A stretch of DNA of 64,000 nt from the NCBI GenBank assembly GCA_963422265.1, contig OY729416.1, positions 480,001-544,000 of the forward strand, written 5' to 3'. Numbering within the stretch: the stretch's first letter is position 1; each line of letters opens with the position of its first letter. The position numbers and the translations under genes were made by a program. Positions 39,746-49,418 of this stretch are shown in pieces. The DNA comes from Thermodesulfobacteriota bacterium (GTDB lineage Bacteria; Desulfobacterota_D; UBA1144; Nemesobacterales; UBA2774). The notes beneath the pieces were generated by a model. The model was not told where the DNA came from, searched no databases, and saw only the letters and a list, made by a program, of their open reading frames with translations.

Positions 39746-40684
39746 TTAGCTTGAGTATGTCTCAACCGTGCTTTGCATTACCTCAACGTTACTCTGTTTT
39801 CCAGCGGGAGCTGGAACAATAATAGGAAGATCAACCCCTGCTTCTCTATATTCTTCGAGCTTAGCACGACATCTATCCGGAGGACCTATCAGGGCTATGG
39901 AATCAAGCATATCGTCCGTAAACACGTCCACCGGCTTTGCCCCATCCCTTATTTTATCAATAGCTTCACCATAACCGTTATTTATCATAAGCCTCTGATA
40001 AAATGGGAAGTTTAAGTAAGGTGAGAATCCTCGTTTTCCCGAAGCCCTGGCAAGCTCAAGGTCGTCCGACACGACGGATGGTATCCCTAGAGTAACGTCT
40101 ATATCTGATGGTTTTCTCCCTGCTGCCGATGCCCCTTCGGCTATGTAACCCTTTAGAGTAGAAATATAATCAACTGTCGTCATATAAGGCATAAGCCCAT
40201 CCGCAACCTCACCCGCGAGCTTTGCGGCGCCCTTAGTGAGTCCTGCAATGTAAACAGGAACTTTAGGCACTTGACGCTTGAGAGTGAGTTGTGGCGCCGA
40301 ACCATCCATAAAGGCTTTTACCCGAACTACGTAATCCTTCATGGTTTCCATAGGGTCTCCCATATCTATCTCGTAACGATCGTTTACGGGCTTGTGGCTT
40401 ACTCCAAGACCAAGAACCATTCGTCCATCCGTGATCTCTTGGATAGTAAGTGAGGTAGCAGCAGCTATTACAGGTTGGCGCATATATATGTTGGTGATCC
40501 ACGTTCCAACGTTGATTCTCGAGGTAGCTTCAGCGAATACTTGGGCGTTTGATAGCGCGTTGTATGGCGGAACTTCGGGAGAAAAAATTGCTTCAAACCC
40601 TCCGTCCTCGGCAATCTTTGCGAGAGAGCGAAGGTCCCCTATACTACATCCCCAAACGGGTGAAATTGTGGCTATTCTTGACAT
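39746..40684 (-). CDS. LLM-class (luciferase-like) flavin/F420-dependent oxidoreductase
   Basis: AEATSRINVGT, GRMVLGLGVSH, PVYIAG, LAGEVADG. Confidence 0.88.
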   Translation of the reverse strand: MSRIATISPVWGCSIGDLRSLAKIAEDGGFEAIFSPEVPPYNALSNAQVFAEATSRINVGTWITNIYMRQPVIAAATSLTIQEITDGRMVLGLGVSHKPVNDRYEIDMGDPMETMKDYVVRVKAFMDGSAPQLTLKRQVPKVPVYIAGLTKGAAKLAGEVADGLMPYMTTVDYISTLKGYIAEGASAAGRKPSDIDVTLGIPSVVSDDLELARASGKRGFSPYLNFPFYQRLMINNGYGEAIDKIRDGAKPVDVFTDDMLDSIALIGPPDRCRAKLEEYREAGVDLPIIVPAPAGKQSNVEVMQSTVETYSS

Positions 40685-40709
40685 GAGAGTCCTCCTTTAC
40701 GATTTTGTC

Positions 40710-41630
40710 TTAATATTGATTGATAACATCTCTGTAATAATCGGGCATGAGAAGCGATTCATCGCTACTCTTTAACACAGCTTGTATTTCTTCTAGCACC
40801 CTTGCCTTGTCCTCTGGAAATTTGGCTTTTATCGGTAGGAAGTTTGAAATGTGGTTTGAGAAGAAGTAACCATCAGATAATTCGGTGTTTTCAACGATCA
40901 CCTCAAGCTCCTTTATCATCTGAAACTTTTCTGGAAGTTCAAACCTGCCAGTCTTCCATTCTTCGTAAAGAGGTGCCCCAGGACGTATTTGGAGAGATAA
41001 TGCTCCTACGTATTCAGGGTTGCTCTCGGTTAAAAGCTTGCCCGTGGCTTCTGCGTGCTCAAGGCTTCTATCAACGCCCCCCATTCCAAGTAGGACCATA
41101 GCGGAATTCATGATGCCTGCTTCTTTTAGCAACCGTGACGCATTTACGGTCTCATCAAAGTTAGCGCCCTTTTTTATCCTCTCAAGCACGACGTTATCTC
41201 CACTCTCAAAACCTATATAAACCATATCGAGTCCGTGCTCTCTGATCTGTTTTAAGTTTTCCGCTCCTTGCCTTAATATATCGCCTACGTTCGCGTACAT
41301 TCTGATTCTTTTAATATTAGGATTTTTTTCTTTAAGGTATTCTATGATCTCAATTAGCTTTTTTTTGGATAATACAAGCGCGTTGCCATCCGCTATAAAA
41401 ACACGTTCACCGATTATACCCTCTTGGCTTGCCGCATCTATGATTTCTTTGATCTCTCGCATCGGTCGCACACGGAACTTTTGCTCTTCCTTGCGGTACA
41501 TAGCGCAGTAGGTGCACTGATTATGCGAACAGCCAATTGTTGCTTGAAGTATAAAGCTCTTAGCTTCGCTGGGGGGTCTGAAATATGGGCTTACATATTC
41601 TATCACGTCCTGTAGTGTAGCAAATTTCAT
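40710..41630 (-). CDS. Radical SAM protein of unknown function
   Basis: RPPSEA...GCSHNQCTYCAMY (CxxxCxxC), GFESG, SNHISN. Confidence 0.9.
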   Translation of the reverse strand: MKFATLQDVIEYVSPYFRPPSEAKSFILQATIGCSHNQCTYCAMYRKEEQKFRVRPMREIKEIIDAASQEGIIGERVFIADGNALVLSKKKLIEIIEYLKEKNPNIKRIRMYANVGDILRQGAENLKQIREHGLDMVYIGFESGDNVVLERIKKGANFDETVNASRLLKEAGIMNSAMVLLGMGGVDRSLEHAEATGKLLTESNPEYVGALSLQIRPGAPLYEEWKTGRFELPEKFQMIKELEVIVENTELSDGYFFSNHISNFLPIKAKFPEDKARVLEEIQAVLKSSDESLLMPDYYRDVINQY

Positions 41631-41843
41631 GACGATATCAAGTTAGAAAATATAAATGATCTTTACAAGGCAAATTGATTATTTATAATAATAGTTATGC
41701 AGAAAGAGAACAGCAGAAATAGTCTGGAGTTAGATGAACGCGAAAAAGTTGGCGCTTGGTACATTGGGGGAGTATTGGTACTAATACTTTCAATAGTCTT
41801 TCTAGCCTCGCTGACTCACTTGGTATTAAGCCCGTAGTTGTGG

Positions 41844-42251
41844 CTAGCTTGACACGGTCCATTTTATTAAAAGCGTTACTATATCCTTCAGGTCTATTGC
41901 TCCTCCAACATTGTCTTTGTATTCATAAGAGTCGTCAGGTTTTGAGAACGAAAGTTTAAGCAGCTGCCTACTTGAGGATGCCCCTTTGCCCTTGGCGTTG
42001 TTGTTACTCCTCTTTCTTCCTATAAATACAATTGAATTAGGATATTCATCAAATGCTACAACGAGCTTGGTCAGAGAAATTATGCAAAAACCTCCGTTCC
42101 TACCGGGAATATCAAGGAAAATATCAAGGAATTCAGGAGGGAGTTCACGCACGATGAGCGGCGCGCCATCCGAAGCTTTGTTGTGCGCGGCAACCCCTTT
42201 TTCAGTAATGACTATAAGGTTCTGAATTACCTCTATAAGTTCGTTATCCAT
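41844..42251 (-). CDS. Hypothetical protein
   Basis: 135-aa ORF co-oriented with its neighbours; no recognised motif. Confidence 0.6.
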   Translation of the reverse strand: MDNELIEVIQNLIVITEKGVAAHNKASDGAPLIVRELPPEFLDIFLDIPGRNGGFCIISLTKLVVAFDEYPNSIVFIGRKRSNNNAKGKGASSSRQLLKLSFSKPDDSYEYKDNVGGAIDLKDIVTLLIKWTVSS

Positions 42252-42286
42252 CAGTAAGGGGTCAGCCTTTTGCTCTCCCTCGGAAT

Positions 42287-44047
42287 TTAATTTAGATTTC
42301 GCTTCAGACTGTTTACTTTTTTTTGAAGCCTCATCTTGAGTTTAACGTCTTCGCGTTCCAAGGGATCCTTGAACAACCCAACCCCCCTTTTGTAGTATTC
42401 AAGAGCTTTTAGAGTGTCTCCCTTATCTTTGTATAAATCCCCCAAGTGCTCCATAATAGCGGGATCATTTGGCTGAAGGCTAGCAGCCTTTTCTAGGAGT
42501 TGAGTTGCTTCTTTATAGCGCCTCTTCTTATAGTAAACCCAGCCTAAGCTATCAATTATATAGCCTTTATTAGGAGAAATGTTGAGCGCTCTTTTAATAA
42601 GATCCTCCGCTTCATCCAAATTGACGCCCATATCTGCATACGTGTAACCAATAAAATTAAGGGCGTCCGCATGGCTAGGGTTTATCTTTATTAGTTCTTT
42701 CATAGTATTTATCGATTTCTCTTCTTCCTCCATGGAATAATAAGTTGCACCTAAGGAGTAGTAGATTGCCTCATCGTTTGGGTTTGACCGTAGAAATTTT
42801 TTATAAATCTTAATGGCTTCCCGGCTTCTATCTAATCTCCGATAAACGCTTCCTAAGTAATTAACAATTATCCTGTTATTAGGTTGATGGCCATAAGCCT
42901 GCTTAGCGAACTGGAGTGATTTGACTAAGTTCTTCTTCTTCTCATGAGTGAAAGCCTTTTGCACGAGGCTCTCACTATAAAATTCAGAGTCTGGATTGAT
43001 CGAGTCAAGTATGCGCAAAGCTTGATCGTATTCGCCGATTTCTATGTGAGAAAGTGCTAGATAATATGTAGCCCTTTCGTTGTTAGGATTGCTCGAGAGA
43101 ATTAGCCGAAACTCTTCAATAGCTTTTCTAAATTCTTTATTCTCAATATAAAGAAACCCTAATCTAAACTTCAAATCCGAATTTTGATAACCGCTGAGGC
43201 TTTCCGCTTTTTCGAATTGTTCTTTCGCTTCCACCATTCGTCCTATCCTAAAAAGAAAGTTTCCGTAACTCACATATGATTCAAGACTGTGAGGAAGTAG
43301 GTTTATGATCTTTTTATATGTATCCCTGGACATTTCTATCCTTCCCTGTTTTTCATATACGAGCGCAAGCTCAATGAGGGCTGAAGCGAAGCTCGGATTG
43401 ATTTCGAGCGATTTGGCGTAGTAATTCTCTGCGCCTAAGAAGTCTTCTTTTTCGTAGAACAGTCTTGCTATAAAGTAATAACCTCTTTCGTTATCAGGGC
43501 GTATCTCTATTACTTTCCTAAAATTCTCTTCGGCTTCACTATACTTACCAGATTCAATCTGAATAATTCCTAACGAAAGATAGGCTTCAGGATCATCAGG
43601 GTTGATTTGGGTGGCTTGTTTCAAGATCTCTACTGATTTCCTTCTATACTCGGCATTGTGAGACACTGCATAGATTTTTCCTAACGTAGTAAAGGAAGGC
43701 GCAAACTTAGGATCAAGCTCGACAGATTGTTCAAGCTTATCAATCGCTTCTTTTATCCTGCCTGCTGATATGTATAACAGTGCGAGTTGATGTTTTAGAT
43801 AAGCGGATTTAGGATCATATTTTTCAGCGATTACAAGCTGTTGTAAGGTGTTGCTAAACTTACGTTTTAATAAATGGTGCTTTGATAAAATGAAATGGTA
43901 ATAGGCTTTATGCTTTGATTTCGTGTTAGATTCAGGGTTGTCTTCGATACTGCTAGCTGCTAGATCGGTTGTTAGTATAGTTTTCTGACCACAAGACAAA
44001 AGATCTAGTAATAGAACAAAGCTTACGATTACTATTCTAAGCGTCAT
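42287..44047 (-). CDS. TPR-repeat protein, possible lipoprotein
   Basis: Lipobox-like LLSC, many TPR repeats, ALNFIGYTYAD...DSLGWVYY. Confidence 0.88.
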   Translation of the reverse strand: MTLRIVIVSFVLLLDLLSCGQKTILTTDLAASSIEDNPESNTKSKHKAYYHFILSKHHLLKRKFSNTLQQLVIAEKYDPKSAYLKHQLALLYISAGRIKEAIDKLEQSVELDPKFAPSFTTLGKIYAVSHNAEYRRKSVEILKQATQINPDDPEAYLSLGIIQIESGKYSEAEENFRKVIEIRPDNERGYYFIARLFYEKEDFLGAENYYAKSLEINPSFASALIELALVYEKQGRIEMSRDTYKKIINLLPHSLESYVSYGNFLFRIGRMVEAKEQFEKAESLSGYQNSDLKFRLGFLYIENKEFRKAIEEFRLILSSNPNNERATYYLALSHIEIGEYDQALRILDSINPDSEFYSESLVQKAFTHEKKKNLVKSLQFAKQAYGHQPNNRIIVNYLGSVYRRLDRSREAIKIYKKFLRSNPNDEAIYYSLGATYYSMEEEEKSINTMKELIKINPSHADALNFIGYTYADMGVNLDEAEDLIKRALNISPNKGYIIDSLGWVYYKKRRYKEATQLLEKAASLQPNDPAIMEHLGDLYKDKGDTLKALEYYKRGVGLFKDPLEREDVKLKMRLQKKVNSLKRNLN

Positions 44048-44059
44048 CTTTCGAGGCGT

Positions 44060-45502
44060 CTATAATATCTCAAAGTTGATTTTACCTACTATTCCCATAA
44101 TCTGCTGTGAGCCTTTTATCAAATCGCCCTCAATTAGTTTTATGTGCGTTGCGTCAGCGGGAATCTGACCAAACATTGAATCAACGGCAACCCATTTCCC
44201 TATGAAGACCTCGTTCCAAGCATGGTAACGGAAACTCCCGTCCACATAAACTGTTCCTAGGATGATCTTGGTGGGTATGCCAGCCGCGCGTGCCATTGCT
44301 GCGAATAACGCAGCGTGCTCGTTACAGTCGCCCGCTTTAGTATGAAGCGTATCTTTTGCGCTTGGTATGCTGGCAGCGCCTTCTTTTTTTAGGTTTTCAT
44401 ATATCCATTTATTAATTTTGCTTGCCGCTTTAAGTGAATCTGTCTCTCCGTTAAGAACGTTTTTAGTTTTAGATACTATCTTGTCGTCATTACTCTGTAT
44501 TAGATGGGCAGGTTTAAGATATTTAGAAAATTTCTCACCTTTATATGGTAATTGGTAATTTGTTATTTCCTTTAAGTCCGTAGATTTTATATTAACTATA
44601 CGACCTTGCAAAAACTGGCGGTAACCATCTCTTATATTAAGCTTTTCACTAAGCTCTATACCATTTATTCTGACCCTCAAATGCTTGAGTGCTCTGGCTT
44701 TAGCGAGTTTTGCTTTGGTGGGTTTAATGGACGTATCTCCCGTAATATCGTAAGAATAATAGTTTCCCCTTAAAATGTCGTCCTTTGACTCTCTGACGGC
44801 GACAAGCCCTGGCGGTATAATCTGCTTTACTATTTGTCCGTTAGGCGTAATCCAAGTTGTATACTTAGCCCCCTGGAAACTCGAGCTAACCCTGTAGGCG
44901 TAAGCGCCTCCCGCAAGATGAGGGGTCCTTAGCGTCTCTTTTCCTTCAATACGGTGGTTTGAAACAAGGTCCTCTATTTTCACTCCCATTAAGATCGCAA
45001 CTGGGTCAAAAAGCGAGACCTCATAAGCCCTCTTCATATTCAATGGACTATTATTATCAATTAGCCACTTGGGAAATAGAGACGGCAGGATAAGAACTCT
45101 ATCAATAGGGACTTTAATATCCGTCTTCCCTGAAATTGTTTCCATTGTTATAAGAAGACTCTGCCCTTCCCTTCTCCCTTCAGCTCGTATATTGAGGGAT
45201 TCGGCGGACATAAAGAAACTAAAGGATTTGATTTCGTAATTGTCCAAATTGTAACGTCCCTCAGTCTCTACTTCCTGATTTTTCCCAAGGAGTTTTACTT
45301 TGAGCTTGGTTATCTCAGTTGCTTTAGTAAAGCCGTTGATATTTTTTCTGATTGAGCTATGGGAATAACCTATTCTCTGATCCCCCGAGTAAATGCCTAA
45401 CCAATTTTCCTCAAAGATGCTTTCATCTGCGTTTAACTGAGGCAGGTTTAGACATAAAGAAAGAAAGATCCATATCACTGAATATCTAGCTATCAATCTC
45501 AT
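44060..45502 (-). CDS. Secreted transglutaminase-like cysteine protease domain protein
   Basis: Signal peptide; GDCNEHA, HAWNEV and WVAVD catalytic triad pattern. Confidence 0.88.
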   Translation of the reverse strand: MRLIARYSVIWIFLSLCLNLPQLNADESIFEENWLGIYSGDQRIGYSHSSIRKNINGFTKATEITKLKVKLLGKNQEVETEGRYNLDNYEIKSFSFFMSAESLNIRAEGRREGQSLLITMETISGKTDIKVPIDRVLILPSLFPKWLIDNNSPLNMKRAYEVSLFDPVAILMGVKIEDLVSNHRIEGKETLRTPHLAGGAYAYRVSSSFQGAKYTTWITPNGQIVKQIIPPGLVAVRESKDDILRGNYYSYDITGDTSIKPTKAKLAKARALKHLRVRINGIELSEKLNIRDGYRQFLQGRIVNIKSTDLKEITNYQLPYKGEKFSKYLKPAHLIQSNDDKIVSKTKNVLNGETDSLKAASKINKWIYENLKKEGAASIPSAKDTLHTKAGDCNEHAALFAAMARAAGIPTKIILGTVYVDGSFRYHAWNEVFIGKWVAVDSMFGQIPADATHIKLIEGDLIKGSQQIMGIVGKINFEIL

Positions 45503-45758
45503 ACGTGAATACCAACCTTCCCTATATATTTACGGGATACGAGTTTGAGAATTGCATCCAGCGATTTGTTATCCATAGATATATCTCTTACAGTCATCAA
45601 TTTTTATTTATCTTTAAACATTCGGAGACACCGCTGACACTGAAGATCGCAACTCAACTTCGGTAGGAGTTATCTTCTATCTCCTCCCTTTCACCTCACA
45701 TAAATAAATATCCACAGATGAGCACAGATAATGAAAGAAAGATAAATAAAAAATGTCT

Positions 45759-46547
45759 TTACAAATGATCTTTCATTGATTCATAAAAGACTTTAGCAAC
45801 CTTTTTACATCCACTCTGGGTAAGATGAAGCTGATCGTTAAAGTCTTCCTTTTTCAATTTCAAGGCTGAAGTATCGGCAAATATCAGCCAGTCCTTATAA
45901 TCTTTTTTGAGATCCTGTAGCATCTCTTTCATCTGCTCTATCATTAGGCGTTCTGCTTCTTCCTTCTCGTTTTTATTGTATTCTCCTAGCCATGGGCCAG
46001 CAAGCGGGATTCCCAAAAAAGTAGTTGGACCTTCTCCTTCTCCGAAGCAATAACAATGCGTCACCATTTTCACTCCTTTATCATAACATAATTTAAGTAA
46101 ACTTTCGTAAGAGCGCCTAACCTCCTCATCAATAGCTTTGCGTATTGATACCTCAATATCGTCCGGGAGAAATTCCTCTAACCCGTCTATTATATCGTTA
46201 CCTCCGCCTGAAAATAACAGGAAGTCAATATCCCAGTTGAGGCAATCTCTTAATGTAAGGACTCTTTCCCCTGTGCTTTGCCAATGAGTTGCATGAGATC
46301 CATTTACTGCCAAATTCAGTATACGGTGGCGAATTCTCTTCTTGTAAGCAAGTAGGTAAGAAAATTGTTCAACAACATTCAGCCCTGCATACCCCAGATC
46401 CATATAGCAAAACCACGAATCCCCAGCAGCTAGCATATTGTGCCCATCGTTTTTGTTTTGTGCATCTCTTTTGAAATCGTCGCCCTCTCCGTAGCACCAA
46501 TAATAAACATTCTCAAAAGCAGCGTTTCTTGATCCATGCTTTAACAT
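45759..46547 (-). CDS. SGNH/GDSL-family hydrolase
   Basis: GDSWF, SGGGND and DQLH blocks; AGGAGG RBS. Confidence 0.82.
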   Translation of the reverse strand: MLKHGSRNAAFENVYYWCYGEGDDFKRDAQNKNDGHNMLAAGDSWFCYMDLGYAGLNVVEQFSYLLAYKKRIRHRILNLAVNGSHATHWQSTGERVLTLRDCLNWDIDFLLFSGGGNDIIDGLEEFLPDDIEVSIRKAIDEEVRRSYESLLKLCYDKGVKMVTHCYCFGEGEGPTTFLGIPLAGPWLGEYNKNEKEEAERLMIEQMKEMLQDLKKDYKDWLIFADTSALKLKKEDFNDQLHLTQSGCKKVAKVFYESMKDHL

Positions 46548-46709
46548 AATAACTTCCTCCTTGTAACAACTTGTAACAAAATTTTTTCAAATAAACATGT
46601 GGCAACAGCCGATACTTCTAACTACTCATTCAACACCTAAACTAAAACTTCACCTATGAAGCAAGATTACAATGACTATCAAGTACTAGGAGCCTTTTGG
46701 GAAGAATCC

Positions 46710-46955
46710 TTACTTTTGTATAGCCATCTTCACAATTTTCTCTGCTGACCTGGCTCCGATGTATCCCCCAATACCGATCTCCAATAAAAGCCATGTCCTA
46801 TCATTTAAATTGAACCACGATGATTCAGGTGCAATGAAATCTACAACTACCATACCAACGAAAACTAGCATAGTGATTGGACGCCAGTTCCTTTGCAACC
46901 AGGAATGACCTGTTATTTCCTCGTGCACTAAATCCGCCGACGTTGTGTTACTCAT
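46710..46955 (-). CDS. Short holin of the 3TM (GTA-holin-like) family
   Basis: SWLQRNWRP followed by TM helices and GGYIGARSAEK; AGGAGG RBS. Confidence 0.72.
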   Translation of the reverse strand: MSNTTSADLVHEEITGHSWLQRNWRPITMLVFVGMVVVDFIAPESSWFNLNDRTWLLLEIGIGGYIGARSAEKIVKMAIQK

Positions 46956-47028
46956 CTGTTACCTCCTTATAAATAATAGAGTTAGTTTAAATCTAAACAT
47001 TAGCCAATTATTTGTCCCTAATACTTAT

Positions 47029-47328
47029 TCACTTGATCTTTGTTTCGTAAATCAGATAACCAGGACCCGCAAAAGGAGCACCAAACACTAAGGCATAAAG
47101 CCACCAATGCTCATCCGTCAACAAATTCCCAACCCCAAACCAAGCAAGTTCTAAATCTGTATATGAATTAAAATAAGTCGGGGCACCAGCTTGAGCCAAT
47201 ACCAACGTCTTATTATGCTCCCAGCCAGCTACCTCCTCAGCCTAAAGCATATGTTAGGGCCGTATATCAGTCATACAGGCACCTAAACATAGGACAAAAA
47301 AAGCTAAAACGAGAATAAATCCCTTCAT
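47029..47328 (-). pseudogene. Putative lipoprotein/membrane protein gene with two in-frame stops (absent from ORF track)
   Basis: AGGAGG RBS, then MKGFILVLAFFVLCLGAC (lipobox) MTDIRP*HML* and 70 open codons ending WWLYALVFGAPFAGPGYLIYETKIK*. Confidence 0.5.
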
Positions 47329-47919
47329 AATATACCTCCTTAATTATATATTATTGTTTTTTCTTGCTTTTATCCTTATAGCACTTAACAAGGCTGCATG
47401 AATGCCTCGTTTTAAAGTTTTCAGATAATTTAGAATTGGTAGATGAGATTCTATTTCCCGAGGTTGGATACTAGCTCTCCGCTCAAGAGGTTGCAGGAAT
47501 AGGCTTATAGAGAATGACAGATAGGGGAGCGAGAGAAATCTCAAAAAATGAGTAAGTGATGGGCACTTCTCCTCAAGAGAGATTAGTGAAGTGAGAAGAA
47601 AATATTGAGTTAGAAAACGGCGAAACTCTATATAGTTTGGAAGAACGCAGCCTAACCTACTGAAATCATTAAATATTCGGGGAGGGGTGGGGGTAGATAA
47701 GGTAGTAGGCTTTCTCTTTACTTTCATTACCCTAGTCCTCTCCCAGAGAGAGAAGGAGTTTTTAGTTCGTCTGGTTCGGCAGATGCAGGTGGAAGGAAAG
47801 TCTGAACTATGATTTTTATGATTGAATGATGGAGACTATGATTGAGGTGCATAGGGCAAGATAGATTTCTCAGCTTAGCTAGGAATAATTGGAGGAAGCA
47901 TTTTCATTTCCCGCTTCCC

Positions 47920-48250
47920 TGTTAAATCCCTCTATATCCCCCTTTACAAAAGAACTGGATTCCAATTTTCCGCACCCGATCCCCTATCAAATCCCCCCCT
48001 TTAGAAAAGGGGGGGGAAACATAAAGTGGATTCTGGTTCCCTGCCTAAGCATGTTCCTGCATGTATTAAGCAGGAAACTACGGGGGGGCAGGTAAGTTGG
48101 GAATGGTGGGCGGATTGGACATCACTCCCCAATCTCCTATCGAACCACCCTTTAATTCCCTCTTTAGCAAAGAGAGAAAGTCTATTGTCAGGCTCAGAGA
48201 TTGGCAAAAGATTTCCCTTCTTTTGTAAAGGAAGGCTAGGGAGGATTGCT
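47920..48250. repeat. Cluster of degenerate palindromic repeats (CCCCCTTT-N-AAAGGGGG type)
   Basis: Perfect 10-bp stem at 47993-48015; decayed copies near 47924-47952, 48146-48178 and 48213-48247; TTCCTGC/GCAGGAA hairpin at 48054-48076. Confidence 0.6.
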
Positions 48251-48334
48251 TTTTGGTTGTTGTAGTGAGCATGCAAAATATTGAACCCTGCTTGCGTTGA
48301 CACCAAAGCTCTGATTGGGTTTATTAGACAGAGT

Positions 48335-49411
48335 ATGAAGTTGAAAAATATATTTAGAAAAACCTTTAACAGGGGAAGGATAGACTCTGAAGAAGCGCTC
48401 TACTTGCTTCAAAACGCTAATACTGTTCAGTTAGGCGCCGTCGCCGATTTGGTAAGGAGAACGTTGCATCCAGAAGGAGTGGTTACATTTGTAGCCGATA
48501 CCAACCCCAACTACACGAACGTATGCGACACGGAGTGTCTTTTCTGCGCGTTTTGGAGACCTTCTGATGCCTCGGACGCTTATACGCTTAGCGTGGATAA
48601 GCTAATTGAGATAATGAGAACCTCCTACCATAACGGCGCTACGACGGTGCTTCTGCAAGGGGGTCACAACCCTAAAATCGGTTTTGATTATTACCTTGAA
48701 ATCGTAAGAAGAGCTAGAAAGGAAATTCCAGGACTTCACCTACATTTATTTTCCGCCCCAGAGATAAGCGCTATTGCAAAATACTCTAACACAACTACTG
48801 AAAGTATTCTCGAGCAGCTTTGGGAAGCGGGGCTTAGAACAATTCCTGGTGGAGGAGCGGAAGTGCTTTCTAACCGTGTGAGAAAGAAGATAAGTCCCCT
48901 CAAAATAGATGCGGATGAATGGATGAAGGTTACGCGAGAGGCACACCTTATGGGTTTCAAAACTACGGCTACGATGATGTTTGGACACTTTGAGGAAGAC
49001 GGGGATATTATTGAGCACCTAGAAAGGATAAGAAACTTACAGGACGATACAGGTAATTTTCTTGCCTTCATCCCCTGGACGTTCAAACCCAAAAACACCT
49101 TCTTAGAAAGAAAACTCCCGCATGAGGTCGGCGGTGATAGATATCTGCGCGTCCTCGCCCTTTCTCGTATATACCTCGACAACTTCGCTCATATTCAAGG
49201 TTCTTGGTTCACCCAGGGCAATAAGATAGGCTCCCTTTCAATGCACTATGGGGCGAGCGATCTAGGCGGAACGCTGTTTGATGAAAATGTATTAACATGC
49301 GCTGAAAATAAATATCGCTCTAGCCTCGAAGAGCTTGTGCATATGATTAGTTCCGCAGGCTTCAAGCCTGCTCAAAGAAACACGTTTTATGAAATTGTGA
49401 ACAGATATTAG
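48335..49411 (+). CDS. mqnC: Cyclic dehypoxanthine futalosine synthase (radical SAM, futalosine menaquinone pathway)
   Basis: NYTNVCDTECLFCAF, LLQGGHNP, PGGGAEVL, FIPWTF, IQGSWFTQG; ATG at 48335 preferred to TTG at 48281. Confidence 0.85.
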   Translation: MKLKNIFRKTFNRGRIDSEEALYLLQNANTVQLGAVADLVRRTLHPEGVVTFVADTNPNYTNVCDTECLFCAFWRPSDASDAYTLSVDKLIEIMRTSYHNGATTVLLQGGHNPKIGFDYYLEIVRRARKEIPGLHLHLFSAPEISAIAKYSNTTTESILEQLWEAGLRTIPGGGAEVLSNRVRKKISPLKIDADEWMKVTREAHLMGFKTTATMMFGHFEEDGDIIEHLERIRNLQDDTGNFLAFIPWTFKPKNTFLERKLPHEVGGDRYLRVLALSRIYLDNFAHIQGSWFTQGNKIGSLSMHYGASDLGGTLFDENVLTCAENKYRSSLEELVHMISSAGFKPAQRNTFYEIVNRY

Positions 49412-49418
49412 TTAGTAA

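Noticed and set aside
47344-47727. 127-aa minus-strand ORF, or a decayed plus-strand gene
   Set aside because: No motifs or RBS; the plus-strand frame has about as many stops as random sequence
47889-48306. Several overlapping short ORFs
   Set aside because: They coincide with the palindromic repeats and are probably spurious
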